From an uncultured Acidobacteriota bacterium (GTDB taxonomy: Bacteria; Acidobacteriota; Terriglobia; Acidiferrales; UBA7541), in the NCBI GenBank assembly GCA_963784385.1, contig CAWARF010000004.1, forward strand, positions 292,412 to 356,411: DNA of 64,000 bases. The letters run 5' to 3'. This document shows, piece after piece, positions 1 through 9,656 of this stretch. The notes below the pieces were generated by a model that was not told the DNA's origin, searched no databases, and saw only the letters and a list, made by a program, of their open reading frames with translations. Made by a program: the position numbers and the translations under genes. Every line of letters begins with the position of its first letter. Position 1 is the stretch's first letter.

Positions 1-66
1 CGGCAAGTCGACAGCCGCTGACGTGAAACACAGCAACAGAACCAGAAATCCCATGACGGAACGCAT
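1..66 (-). CDS. 5' end of a secreted-protein gene running off the left edge (partial)
   Basis: ATG at 66 with GAGG upstream. Translates MRSVMGFLVLLLCFTSAAVDLP, which is signal-peptide-like. Only 22 codons are visible. Confidence 0.3.
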   Translation of the reverse strand, partial: MRSVMGFLVLLLCFTSAAVDLP

Positions 67-281
67 TGTGGTGGCACCTCGCCTTTCTGAAGGTCATGCG
101 AGTTAGTAACCGACAATCAGCCCGTCTGTTGCCGGAAACTCAAGCCAAGTTCTTTCAGCACAAGGCGTGCCGCCAATGAGATCGTCAAACGAGGAATCAG
201 GCAAAACTGCATTGCGATGCCCACAAGGCGGCCCGGCATTCGTGTCCCTTGTGCGGCGGAGAACGGCGTATCGAATGACGT

Positions 282-1313
282 TTATTGTGCCTGGCGTGAG
301 ATGCCGAGGCGGCGCATTTTGTCCAGCAAAGTTGTACGTTTTACTCCGAGTCTCGCCGCCGCGCCATCCATACCCGCGATAACCCATTCGGTCTCCCGCA
401 GGATTCGCAGGATGTGCCTGCGTTCGGTATCAGCGAGTGTTTCACATTCAGCAGAGGCGGCTCTGTCGGCCATTTTTTGTTCAGGGAGCTGAGGACGATG
501 AAGAACCGGCTCGGTTGACAGAATTACGCAACGTTCGATCACGTTCTGCAGCTCGCGGATATTGCCCGGCCAGTGATATCGACGCAGATTCTCGATGTAT
601 TCGCTCGGAATCGTGTCGATGCACTTGTTCATGCGGCGAGCGTATTTAGCAACAAAGTAGCTGATGAGGCAAGGAAGGTCCTCCTGACGGTCACGAAGCG
701 GCGGCAGCTCAATAGGAAATACATTCAAGCGGTAATACAGATCACTGCGAAATTGCCCGTCCTCGACCATCTGATTCAGGTCCCTATTCGTTGCGGCCAC
801 CAAACGAAAATTCACGCGGATTGTTCGAGCGCTGCCGAGCCTCTCCAGTTCTTGCTCCTGCAAGACTCGCAAGAGCTTGGATTGCAATTCGAGCGGCATA
901 TCACCCACTTCGTCGAGGAACAACGTTCCTTCATGGGCAAGTTCGAAACGTCCGATGCTTCGGGCGACCGCGCCCGTAAAAGCTCCCTTCTCGTGACCGA
1001 AAAGTTCGCTCTCGAGCAATCCAGCCGGCAGAGCCACGCAGTCAGCCCGAACCATAGCGCGGTCGCGGCGCGAGCTGAAGCGATGGATCGCCTTTGCGAT
1101 CAGTTCCTTACCTGTACCTGTTTCTCCCAGAATAAGGACGGTCGAATCGGTGCAAGCGACGACTTCCACTTGCTGCATGACTTGGCTTAGTGCTGGACCC
1201 TTCCCCACAATTACCACCCGATCTTGCTGCAACTCAGCAAATCTGTCCGAGAATGCAGTTGTCGCGTTGTTCGTGGGGGCTGGATAGTCGAGAATGGTGC
1301 TCGTAGTCGCCAT
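282..1313 (-). CDS. sigma-54-dependent transcriptional activator (bEBP) with no N-terminal sensory domain, PspF-like architecture
   Basis: AAA+ Walker A GETGTGKELIAKAIH, GAFTGA loop (EKGAFTGAV) and a C-terminal Fis-type HTH (AAARLGVKRTTLLDKMRRLGI). Only about 45 aa precede the AAA+ core. ATG at 1313 has a GAGG-type RBS; the ORF itself is open to 1385. Confidence 0.9.
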   Translation of the reverse strand: MATTSTILDYPAPTNNATTAFSDRFAELQQDRVVIVGKGPALSQVMQQVEVVACTDSTVLILGETGTGKELIAKAIHRFSSRRDRAMVRADCVALPAGLLESELFGHEKGAFTGAVARSIGRFELAHEGTLFLDEVGDMPLELQSKLLRVLQEQELERLGSARTIRVNFRLVAATNRDLNQMVEDGQFRSDLYYRLNVFPIELPPLRDRQEDLPCLISYFVAKYARRMNKCIDTIPSEYIENLRRYHWPGNIRELQNVIERCVILSTEPVLHRPQLPEQKMADRAASAECETLADTERRHILRILRETEWVIAGMDGAAARLGVKRTTLLDKMRRLGISRQAQ

Positions 1314-1896
1314 AATTCGCCTCGCCTTCTGCAGCCGACGGTCGCGGATCTCATGCGCCCACATGCGGGGCCGAAGAAACAGCAACCGCCCGTGGCCTTG
1401 CGAAGGACCGCTGTGACGCTTCGCAACCGAGTCACGAAGCAGATCGCGCCACCTGCGCCGAGAGTCATTTTAGATTGAAGGGCTGGGGGTTAAGTAGCTT
1501 GCGAGAAAAACGGCTTTACTCCGGCGAGTGGCCATTAATTCCAGGGGATTGCACCGCCCACCCGCAGCCGTATCTTCCTTCCAGACGAACTTTTGTCCGT
1601 TTGTTTCGCGTCCGAAGTCACTGTCCTCATTCCTTAGCCTGCCTGAATACAGCGCGAAGGTAGCTCTTGGCGAACCGGGAATCCATCATTCGTTTGGCAG
1701 AAGACTTAATGCCTTTGGAGGGGTGTCCTGCGACCTTCGGACATGCGGGCAATAATGAAAAACTGACGGTGTAGTGTCAAGATACCGTCTACGAGACGTG
1801 CCATTTGGAATCTGTCGCCACACGGATTTCGACCCCCTCCCCAGGAAATAATTAAGAACCAAGGCCATACGCGTCACCCCCGCCTGGGTCCATTGC

Positions 1897-1914
1897 GTGG
1901 AGAACGAACTGCTT
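1897..1914 (+). promoter_or_regulatory. weak candidate sigma-54 -24/-12 promoter
   Basis: TGGagaacgaacTGCtt. GG (1899-1900) and GC (1911-1912) are separated by exactly 10 nt. It lies about 40 nt upstream of ATG 1953, divergent from the bEBP gene. The flanking bases match the consensus poorly. Confidence 0.25.
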
Positions 1915-1952
1915 GCGCTAGTGAGACCTGTCCATTCTAAGGAGGCTCACAC

Positions 1953-2681
1953 ATGAGGATCTCTCGAGTAGCTGTTTTCGCAGTGTGTTTTGCGGCCTTG
2001 GCCCTGGCATTAGCATTTCCAGCAATTTCACAGACTTTCGACAAGCTCACGTATTTCACGTTCAGCGGACCCGTCGAAGTTCCCGGCGGTAGAATTCTCC
2101 CAGCGGGAAAATATGCCTTCAAGGTACTCGATTTAGGAGGTGCGCGGAACATCGTACAGATTTTCAACGCCGATCAGACAAAATTGCTTGCCACGGTTAT
2201 AACGATTCGCGACTATCGACAGAATCCGACGGATCATCCCGTGATCACGTTCTCAGAGACTGCCCAGGGCGGCCCGCCGGCCATCAAGGAGTGGTTCTAT
2301 CCGGACGATCAGTACGGCCAAGAATTTGTGTATCCGAAGAATCGGGCGGTCCAGTTAGCAAAAGCCGCCAACCAACCCGTGCCTTCGATGCCCAACAAAA
2401 TGGCATCGGACATCACTCCCGCTCCAAACACGAACAAAGCTTCCAATGCCGACGTGCAAGCAATGAAGGATACTCCGCTGAAAGCTGAGCAGCCGCAAGG
2501 GCAGGAAGTGGAGCTCGCCGAGGTATTTGTAGTTCATCCGGTAGCCGCTGATACTTCAGGTTCAGAGGTCGCTGAAAAGCTGCCGAAAACGGCGAGCCTT
2601 CTGCCGCTGTTCGGACTTCTGGGGTGCGCCTTCATTGTTGCAAGCGCGCTTCTTTGGTTAGCTTCAAAGCGACTGGCCTGA
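1953..2681 (+). CDS. secreted protein with a C-terminal sortase-type sorting signal (LPKTAS + hydrophobic stretch + KR tail)
   Basis: AGGAGG RBS and an N-terminal signal peptide (AALALALAFPAISQ). The C-terminus is LPKTAS (nt 2580-2597), then LLPLFGLLGCAFIVASALLWLA, then SKRLA. Confidence 0.75.
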   Translation: MRISRVAVFAVCFAALALALAFPAISQTFDKLTYFTFSGPVEVPGGRILPAGKYAFKVLDLGGARNIVQIFNADQTKLLATVITIRDYRQNPTDHPVITFSETAQGGPPAIKEWFYPDDQYGQEFVYPKNRAVQLAKAANQPVPSMPNKMASDITPAPNTNKASNADVQAMKDTPLKAEQPQGQEVELAEVFVVHPVAADTSGSEVAEKLPKTASLLPLFGLLGCAFIVASALLWLASKRLA

Positions 2682-2747
2682 TGGAGGTCTAGCTGGTTCA
2701 GGTCCTCGCGCAGCCGCGAAAATTCATGAAGAGAGGAGTGCTCAGCG

Positions 2748-3737
2748 GTGCATCCAAGCTGCCGCGTGGCTTGCGCGATCCTGCTTCTGGCCGCGATGTT
2801 CGCTAAGATTTCTCATGGCTCGCTCGTTGCGCCGTCGGCTGGGGGGCGGGACATTCTGCCGCCCCAAGCCGCACTGTCAGAAACAACAAGACTGGTCGTT
2901 GTTCCGGTTAGTGTTACCGATGGCGGCGGACATTTCGTGTTAGGTCTAAAGCAGTCGAATTTTCAGGTGTACGAAGACGGCAAGCCACAGGAAATCGGAA
3001 TATTTCGCGACATGGACGTGCCCGTAACGGTGGGAATTGTAGTGGACCACAGCGGTAGTATGGCGGCCAAAAGCAACGATGTGATCCAAGGTGCGATGGC
3101 ATTGGTCGAAGCCAGCAATCCCGCGGACAAAGAGTTCGTCGTGAATTTTGGCAACAAGCCCTCACTCGGCTTGCCGCCGGACGTTCCATTTACTGGCAAC
3201 GTCGATCAATTGAAGCGCGCCCTATCGACTCCATCCGCGAGCGGGCTGACAGCTCTCTACGATGCGATGGTTCTGGCCATACAACACTTTCAAGGGAGCC
3301 CAGTCGACAAGCGAGTAATGCTGTTGATTAGCGACGGCGGTGACACCGCAAGTGCGCACAAATTCGGTCAAGTTCTTCGCATGGCTGAGGCGGCGAATGT
3401 AATCATCTACGCGATTGGCTTGCTCGATCCGCTAAGCGCCGACCAAAATCCCGACGTTCTGCGAAAATTCGCGCGGGAAACGGGAGGCGAAGCATATTTC
3501 CCGAACTCAACCATCGAGGTTGTGAGCACATGTATCGCGATCGCATCAGACATCCGGCATCAATACATGCTGGGATATACGCCTCCCGAGATCGGCAAGG
3601 GTCGATACCGGTCAATTCGTGTCGCTGTGCATGCGCCTGGCCGCGGACGCCTTTTCGTCCGCGCGCGAAAAGGGTATTTCCTCTCGACGGATTCATCCGA
3701 GGGTGCGGATGACACGTCAACTCAGGGCCGTCAATGA
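2748..3737 (+). CDS. von Willebrand factor A (VWA) domain protein, acidobacterial VWFA-related type
   Basis: GTG start and a signal peptide. MIDAS motif VVDHSGSM, later LISDGGDT. Same family as 6895..8076. Confidence 0.85.
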   Translation: MHPSCRVACAILLLAAMFAKISHGSLVAPSAGGRDILPPQAALSETTRLVVVPVSVTDGGGHFVLGLKQSNFQVYEDGKPQEIGIFRDMDVPVTVGIVVDHSGSMAAKSNDVIQGAMALVEASNPADKEFVVNFGNKPSLGLPPDVPFTGNVDQLKRALSTPSASGLTALYDAMVLAIQHFQGSPVDKRVMLLISDGGDTASAHKFGQVLRMAEAANVIIYAIGLLDPLSADQNPDVLRKFARETGGEAYFPNSTIEVVSTCIAIASDIRHQYMLGYTPPEIGKGRYRSIRVAVHAPGRGRLFVRARKGYFLSTDSSEGADDTSTQGRQ

Positions 3738-4378
3738 AACTGGCCATGCCGCCACGGCACGGAAAGGCGCTGCTCCTTTGGCTTTCCGGGGCATGTTTTG
3801 CGTGTGGGGTGTCTGCACTGGGTTGGTATTTCTATACCCAAGAAGTGGCACACATCTTTCAGCGGCGCGAGGCTCTGCAGTTCGATGTGACAGCGGCAGA
3901 GCAACTAAGAGGACAACAGCGGAATTGCAGATTTCCAAAAGCGCGACGGGGTGAATCAATCGGAAGAATCGACATCCCGAGTCTCGGTCTGTCGGTTGTG
4001 GTCCTAGAAGGCGATGATCCACGTACTCTTCGGCTCGGAGCCGGACTGGTTCCGGGTGCGGCCAGACCAGGGCAAGTGGGCAACATCGCCATTGCCGCCC
4101 ACCGGGATACTTTCTTTCGCCCGCTGCGGGATATTCGCCAAGGTGACCTTATCCAGTTCACGACGTACCGCGGTTCCGACACGTACGCGGTGGAGTGGGT
4201 GAAAGTCGTCAATCCAGGCGATACGCAAGTCTTGGCTGCCACTCGAGAGCCTACGTTAACATTGATCACCTGCTACCCCTTCAACTACATCGGTCCGGCG
4301 CCTGAGCGGTTCGTGGTCCGAGCGAAAGAGATCGCGACAGGTCAAGCCACCTACTGCCGGTCCTCGCAAGTAGACTAG
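3734..4378 (+). CDS. sortase family transpeptidase (membrane-anchored)
   Basis: ATGA start/stop overlap with the VWA gene. N-terminal TM segment. Catalytic His context IAIAAHRD, TLxTC motif TLTLITCYP, and a downstream Arg (RFVVRAKE). Confidence 0.9.
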   Translation: MKLAMPPRHGKALLLWLSGACFACGVSALGWYFYTQEVAHIFQRREALQFDVTAAEQLRGQQRNCRFPKARRGESIGRIDIPSLGLSVVVLEGDDPRTLRLGAGLVPGAARPGQVGNIAIAAHRDTFFRPLRDIRQGDLIQFTTYRGSDTYAVEWVKVVNPGDTQVLAATREPTLTLITCYPFNYIGPAPERFVVRAKEIATGQATYCRSSQVD

Positions 4379-4626
4379 CTCATTACAAGAAATCCTCTGC
4401 GTACCAACAGCGTAACTTCGGCCATTTATTTGGAAGTTTCTGTCGGGGTCCTGTCGGCATATCGGCGGATTTGTGTTTCGTGAACTGCAAGCCGCTCGTC
4501 GCTTTATCGCCAAATCATTCAGCATGCGGACGCTGCATGAGCGTGGAAGCCTGCTCTGCATTGGAACAATAACTGCTCACCTCAAGGCGCGCATAGCGAA
4601 ACGGAAAAACTCTGGGCTCGAAGACA

Positions 4627-5298
4627 ATGAGCGTTTCTCGAATGGCAACTTCCGGGAAAGTGAGCGTCAGCGACGAAATCGCGATCATACGGCGCGCGCT
4701 TTCTGGAGATGCCGATGCGCTGTCCGTGTTGTTCGCTAAACGTAGGACAAAACTATACAACGGCGCTTTTTCTCTGCTTCGCAACCGCGAAGACGCCGAG
4801 GATGCCGTCCAGGACGCCCTGCTTTCGGCCTACCTGAACTTGCAAGCGTTTGAAGGACGAGCCCGCTTTTCAACGTGGCTGACCCGGATCGTCCTGAACT
4901 CGGCTCTGATGAGGAGACGCCGGCTGCGAAGGCATCTGCAAGTATACTTCCGCGGGAACGATGCTTACGATGCTCGAACCGCTCTTCCGGAAGCAGTCGA
5001 CACGCGACCCAACCCTGAAGAGGCATGCGCTCTCGCCGAGACCGGGGAACGACTGCAATGCGGGTTGGAACGGCTCTCACCGGTGCTCAGATCGGCTTTC
5101 TATCTTAGAGACGTACGGCAACTCTCGGCGCCCGAAGCTGCTAAAGAGGCTGGAATCAAAATCAGCGCCATCAAATCGCGGGCGGTTCGCGCACGGAGCC
5201 GTCTGGCTAGTCTGCTGGACCCGAACACCCTGGGTTCTCCCCGCCCGCAATTCTTCGCTAGCTCTCGGGAATCCCGGGAGTTTGACAGGATCGATTGA
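4627..5298 (+). CDS. ECF-type RNA polymerase sigma factor (sigma-70 family)
   Basis: Region 2 signature ([37 protein letters not shown]) and a region 4 HTH ([25 protein letters not shown]). Confidence 0.9.
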   Translation: MSVSRMATSGKVSVSDEIAIIRRALSGDADALSVLFAKRRTKLYNGAFSLLRNREDAEDAVQDALLSAYLNLQAFEGRARFSTWLTRIVLNSALMRRRRLRRHLQVYFRGNDAYDARTALPEAVDTRPNPEEACALAETGERLQCGLERLSPVLRSAFYLRDVRQLSAPEAAKEAGIKISAIKSRAVRARSRLASLLDPNTLGSPRPQFFASSRESREFDRID

Positions 5299-5323
5299 AT
5301 TTAGTCTCAAAAGGAGCTGTGAC

Positions 5324-5989
5324 ATGAACGACATGGAAATCAAGAAAAACGTGGAAACGGAGTTGAATTGGGAGCCGAGCGTGAATGCGGCTCAAATTGG
5401 CGTCGCTGTGAAGGGCGGCATCGTCACCCTGGCGGGCTCTGTATCAAGTTTCTGGGAGCGCTATGCAGCGGAACGCGCCGCTTCCCGCGTTGCAGAAATA
5501 AAAGCAGTTGTAAATGAGCTGGAAGTTCGTCTCCCCACCTCAAGCGAACGAACGGACGAGGATATCGCGCGAGCGGCGGTGAACGCCCTCAACTGGTCGA
5601 TCGCCGTGCCCAGCAATCGCGTCAAGGTGAAGGTTTCAAAGGGTTGGATCACGCTGGAGGGAACGGTGGATTGGCAGTTTCAGAAGAAGGCTGCCGAAAG
5701 AGCGGCTCGTGATTTAGTGGGCGTCAAGGGAGTCGCCAACCTGATTGACGTGCGACCGCAAGTAAGCCTGAGTGAAGTCAAATCTCAAATTGAAGACGCC
5801 CTCAAGCGCAGTGCCGAGATTGACGCCCGCGCGATCACCGTTGAAACGGATGGCGACAAGGTCATCCTGCGTGGGACGGTTCGTTCCTGGGCCGAACGCG
5901 AAGAGGCGGAACGCGCCGCCTGGAGAGCGCCCGGCGTGCGCAGTGTCGAAAACCGAATCACGATCGGCGCGGCTGCTGCAGCAGCGTAG
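5324..5989 (+). CDS. BON-domain protein (three BON repeats, OsmY-like)
   Basis: AAGGAG RBS at 5311 and ATG at 5324. Repeated pattern VxVxVxxGxVTLxGxVxS...ERxAAERAA occurs three times. The track ORF from 4961 is an unsupported upstream extension that overlaps the sigma gene. Confidence 0.85.
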   Translation: MNDMEIKKNVETELNWEPSVNAAQIGVAVKGGIVTLAGSVSSFWERYAAERAASRVAEIKAVVNELEVRLPTSSERTDEDIARAAVNALNWSIAVPSNRVKVKVSKGWITLEGTVDWQFQKKAAERAARDLVGVKGVANLIDVRPQVSLSEVKSQIEDALKRSAEIDARAITVETDGDKVILRGTVRSWAEREEAERAAWRAPGVRSVENRITIGAAAAAA

Positions 5990-6064
5990 TCGTTTGCCGG
6001 CAGTCACGGCCTCGATGTGCCGCATTTTATATGTGCGGGCAGCCCAATCAGAAGGGGAGTACTT

Positions 6065-6655
6065 ATGAGTCAGCGAGTGGCAACGGCACTCAGGTCTTCC
6101 GAGCGGGTTTCAGTTCCCCGACTAGTATTGGCCGACCAGCTCTTGGAACGGATGAATGCGCTCCGTGAGGCGATTGCCCAGCGTGCATTCGAAATCTTCG
6201 AAAGCCGCGGTCGAAAGATGGGCAACGACCTGGAGGACTGGTTCCGCGCTGAAGGCGGTGTATTGCACGCCGCTCATTTGGAACTGGTGGAATCCGAAGA
6301 CGCGCTCCTCCTGCGCGCCGAAGTCCCGGGTTTCAGATCCGAAGACCTTCAGGTCGGCGTGGAGACGCGCCGACTGACAATCGCGGGTAAACGCCAAGGC
6401 CGGACGCAACCGGTGGTTCAACGGCTGATCTATTGCGAATCGTGTCCGAACGAACTTTTCAGAGTTTTGTGTCTTCCAGTGGACGTTGATCCAAGGAGGG
6501 CCACGGCTGCAGTGGTCGACGGTGTGCTCGAGCTCGTCGTGCCAAAGGCAGTCACGCCCGTCGCCATCGCAACGAAAACGGACTCCATCGTCCGAGTTGA
6601 GGATTACCGCTCTTGGGAAGCATTTTTTGCACGCATTCTTGAGTTCCACGTTTGA
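6065..6655 (+). CDS. Hsp20/alpha-crystallin family small heat-shock protein
   Basis: GGGGAG RBS. ACD core LLLRAEVPGFRSEDLQVGVETRRLTIAGKR ... VVDGVLELVVPK. Confidence 0.8.
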   Translation: MSQRVATALRSSERVSVPRLVLADQLLERMNALREAIAQRAFEIFESRGRKMGNDLEDWFRAEGGVLHAAHLELVESEDALLLRAEVPGFRSEDLQVGVETRRLTIAGKRQGRTQPVVQRLIYCESCPNELFRVLCLPVDVDPRRATAAVVDGVLELVVPKAVTPVAIATKTDSIVRVEDYRSWEAFFARILEFHV

Positions 6656-6706
6656 CTCTAGCTGGCGGTTTTCGTTGGCGTCGCTGCAGGTCCCAAAGGA
6701 CATCGA

Positions 6707-6901
6707 GTGATCTCATCCGACGACAGAACGGCGACTGAGTGGCTCACAACCATTGCCCAAGAGCATCCGGCGCACTTTCTCGCAAGCCTTTCAGAGGCTC
6801 TCGTGAAGGCCAATGACGACGACTACTCGATCATCCGGCCCGCGCTGATGGACCTGAAGCGCAAATACGCCAATTTACACGGGCGCGTCACGGTGTGTTA
6901 G
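6707..6901 (+). CDS. small hypothetical protein (64 aa)
   Basis: ORF only. Non-ATG start and no recognisable motif. It fits the gap between neighbouring genes. Confidence 0.25.
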   Translation: MISSDDRTATEWLTTIAQEHPAHFLASLSEALVKANDDDYSIIRPALMDLKRKYANLHGRVTVC

Positions 6902-8076
6902 AGCAATTGGCGGCAACCGCTGGGAGATCTGCCTGGAATGAGGGGAATGAGGGCGCTGTGAGAACAAAGACGCGCAGCAAATTCGCGGTCCTTTTCCTAC
7001 TAGTGCCGGTAATCGCGACTTGCGTCGAGTCCCGCACCGCGGGCAAGAATTCCTCGGGCAAATCTCCGCCAGCGCCTCAAATTACGGTTCCCACACGGCC
7101 CGCAACTCCCCTCTTCAAAGGGCAGCAGGGAAAGCAACAATCACAGATCGCGTTCGGTCCCAGCACTCGCCAGGTCACTATCAAACTGCAAGTAGAGGAC
7201 CCCAACGGATACTTCATCCCAAACATCCGTCGCGACAATTTCGCCGTTTACGAGGATGGAGTGCGGCAAAAGAAAGTGGATGTCGAAGTTGAGGACGCCC
7301 CGGTTTCGCTCGCCCTTCTTCTGGAGTTCGGCGGACGATATTACGAGCTGAATCAAGCTATCGGAACCGAAGCTGTCCAGATCGGCCAGCAGCTTCTCGA
7401 AGTGACTACCTCGAAAGACAAACTCGCGATCTATAAGTACGGCGCAAAGCTTGATGTTCTCTCCGACTTTGGTCAAAACCGCGACCCGCTGAACACTATC
7501 CTCGAGCAGCTCGGGACACCAGAATTCTCCGAACTGAATTTCTATGATGCCGTGATAGAGGCGCTCAATCGCACGCATGCTGTTGGCGGGCGAAGGGCCA
7601 TCATCGCAGTTTCGACGGGACTCGATACGTTCAGCAAGGCGACTTTCGAACAGGCTTTAGAGGCCGCGCAGAACTTCGGCGTTCCCATCTATGCATTTGG
7701 ATTGACCTCTTCCGTGGAACGCGCGATATCGAATTACGGAGCCACGGCTCCGATTGCCCACATCGATTGGGCCGGCGCCGAAAAGAAGCTTGAGGCGATC
7801 GCGAGAGCCTCTGGAGGAAGGGCCTATGACCCAGATTCGGATCTGCAAGTCCCGGCGATTTATGATGACATCATGGAGAACCTCCGCGTTCGGTACGTAA
7901 TTACCTACATTTCATCAAACCCAGCGCCATCGGGACCGCCCCGAACGCTCCGCGTCGAGCTGATCAATCCAAAGACGGGTGGACCACTGGAGGTTCGCGA
8001 CGCCGAGGGCAAGCCTGTTACTGCGAAGTTGTACGCGCAAGAAACGTACAGCCCGAGCGCCGCCTCAGGGAATTAG
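6895..8076 (+). CDS. VWA-domain protein, acidobacterial VWFA-related type (second copy)
   Basis: Architecture parallels 2748..3737 (FAVYEDGVRQK ..., RAIIAVSTGLDT, VPIYAFGL, GGRAYDP). The start is uncertain: GTG 6895 or GTG 6958, the latter preceding a signal-like TM segment. Confidence 0.8.
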   Translation: MLEQLAATAGRSAWNEGNEGAVRTKTRSKFAVLFLLVPVIATCVESRTAGKNSSGKSPPAPQITVPTRPATPLFKGQQGKQQSQIAFGPSTRQVTIKLQVEDPNGYFIPNIRRDNFAVYEDGVRQKKVDVEVEDAPVSLALLLEFGGRYYELNQAIGTEAVQIGQQLLEVTTSKDKLAIYKYGAKLDVLSDFGQNRDPLNTILEQLGTPEFSELNFYDAVIEALNRTHAVGGRRAIIAVSTGLDTFSKATFEQALEAAQNFGVPIYAFGLTSSVERAISNYGATAPIAHIDWAGAEKKLEAIARASGGRAYDPDSDLQVPAIYDDIMENLRVRYVITYISSNPAPSGPPRTLRVELINPKTGGPLEVRDAEGKPVTAKLYAQETYSPSAASGN

Positions 8077-8266
8077 CTGTCGGCACGCTGTCGAAAGACC
8101 GACGTATCGCCGGCCTTTCGCCGCTGCCATTTCTTCCGCCATATTTTCTAATCGATTCATCCTAACGAAGATCAGTGAAAAATCGGGCCACGTCTTTGTT
8201 GGAAGAGAAGGTGCTCTCATACCTGGCGCTGGCGAGTTGGAAAAAGATCAGTAACGGAGGATCGAC

Positions 8267-8782
8267 ATGGCGAATATTGTTCGAAGCAGGGACGTTTTTG
8301 AAGAACTGTTCGATTTCAGGCGCGACTTCGACGGACTTTTTAATCGTTTCCTGACCGGCACAGCGTCTCGAGGTGGACAAACGCTCGCGCCGCTGGCGAC
8401 CGTCCCTCCAATCGAAGTTCGTATCGACAACTCAGATCAGAAGTATCACGTAAGGATGGCCCTGCCCGGCGTGGACCCCAAGGACGTCCACATCAATCTC
8501 CAGGGTCGCAGACTTACGATCAGTGGCGAACATAAGAGCCAGGAAGAAAAGAAGGACTCGAATTACGTTCAGAGAGAATTTTCGTACGAACAATTCGAGA
8601 GAGTCATTCCCCTGCCAGAAGGCTTGGACACGGACCAGGTAAACGCGGAGTTCGATAACGGCGTTTTGGAAATCGCCATACCTGTCGGCGCATCGGCATT
8701 GTCAAAACCGGTTGAAATCAAGACCGCCAAGGATTCCGCAAGCGCGGACCACGGGCAGAAAAAGAAGAGCGCCAGCGCCTAA
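8267..8782 (+). CDS. Hsp20/alpha-crystallin family small heat-shock protein
   Basis: GGAGGA RBS. ACD core YHVRMALPGVDPKDVHINLQGRRLTISGEHK ... AEFDNGVLEIAIP. Confidence 0.9.
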   Translation: MANIVRSRDVFEELFDFRRDFDGLFNRFLTGTASRGGQTLAPLATVPPIEVRIDNSDQKYHVRMALPGVDPKDVHINLQGRRLTISGEHKSQEEKKDSNYVQREFSYEQFERVIPLPEGLDTDQVNAEFDNGVLEIAIPVGASALSKPVEIKTAKDSASADHGQKKKSASA

Positions 8783-8826
8783 AAAGGATCACCCGGCAGC
8801 CGGCGCCTTCACGGCCGAGGAACTCT

Positions 8827-8997
8827 ATGCGCCAAGAAGGCGATGTGATTCTCAGCATCAATCAACAGACGGTCAATTCGGTGGCGGACTTCAACAAGCT
8901 TGCGGCAGAAGCCCAAGGGAGAACGCCGCTCCGAATTATTCATCAAGGAACACCCCTATTCGTCGTCGTTTCACCGGATGATTCGGGGAACCAGTAG
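8827..8997 (+). pseudogene. orphan C-terminal PDZ-like fragment (HtrA/DegP-type tail)
   Basis: 56-codon ORF: MRQEGDVILSINQQTVNSVADFNKLAAEAQGRTPLRIIHQGTPLFVVVSPDDSGNQ. This matches the GDVIxxINGxxVxSxxDf pattern of PDZ domains, but no protease domain lies upstream. Confidence 0.35.
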
Positions 8998-9028
8998 CGA
9001 GCGCGCGCTCAAAGTGAGGTTTCGACAC

Positions 9029-9559
9029 ATGCGTCTTCCAAAGGTATTTGTGAGCTTGGTTCTTTTGCTGAGCATTGCAACGGTTGCTAACGCCCAGAAA
9101 CTTTACGTCGACTACGATCACCACGTCAGCTTCTCGACTTACAAGACGTTCATGTGGATCAGCAAGCCGCACTATCATCCGGACCCGGTTATGGACGGGC
9201 GAATCGTGGATGCGATCAACTCCACTCTGATGTCGAAGAATTTGCAGCTCGTTCCTGAGGGCGGGGACGTCGGGGTTGTAGTCTACGTCGCTACTCGCGA
9301 GAGGCACACACTGGAAACCTTCTACACCGGCTTGGGCGGGGGATGGCGCTGGCATTTTGGCACAGGCTTCGGCACTGCGTTCACCACGGCGGAGCCTTAT
9401 GAAGTCGGTACCATCGTCGTCGATCTGTTTGACACCAGAACCAAAGAGATTATCTGGCGCGGCGTGGCGAGCGACAGTCTCTCTGAAAAGCCGGAAAAAG
9501 ATACAAAGAAGCTCGAGAAGGCTATCGACAAACTATTCAGACGCTTTCCGCCTGGTTAA
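9029..9559 (+). CDS. DUF4136-like secreted/lipoprotein
   Basis: Signal peptide MRLPKVFVSLVLLLSIATVANA. Also YKTFMWI ... GTIVVDLFDTRTKEIIWRGVA, the typical DUF4136 pattern. Confidence 0.7.
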   Translation: MRLPKVFVSLVLLLSIATVANAQKLYVDYDHHVSFSTYKTFMWISKPHYHPDPVMDGRIVDAINSTLMSKNLQLVPEGGDVGVVVYVATRERHTLETFYTGLGGGWRWHFGTGFGTAFTTAEPYEVGTIVVDLFDTRTKEIIWRGVASDSLSEKPEKDTKKLEKAIDKLFRRFPPG

Positions 9560-9656
9560 CGCGGCGTCGGTGATTGAAGTTAGATCGCTTGATGGATGAA
9601 ATCCTCGTGTATGTGAGGCCCCACGGTTGTGGCAAAAGCGTTTGGAGGAATGGATC

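Noticed and set aside
69-86. TGGCACCTCGCCTTTCT, considered as a sigma-54 promoter
   Set aside because: There is no GC dinucleotide at the -12 position. It overlaps the RBS/start region of a minus-strand gene.
573-1190. 205-aa plus-strand ORF
   Set aside because: It is antisense to the sigma-54 activator, has no motifs, and is a shadow ORF.
4961-5323. N-terminal 121-codon extension of the BON-protein ORF
   Set aside because: It overlaps the ECF sigma gene in another frame. A good AAGGAG RBS and ATG at 5324 start the recognisable BON sequence.
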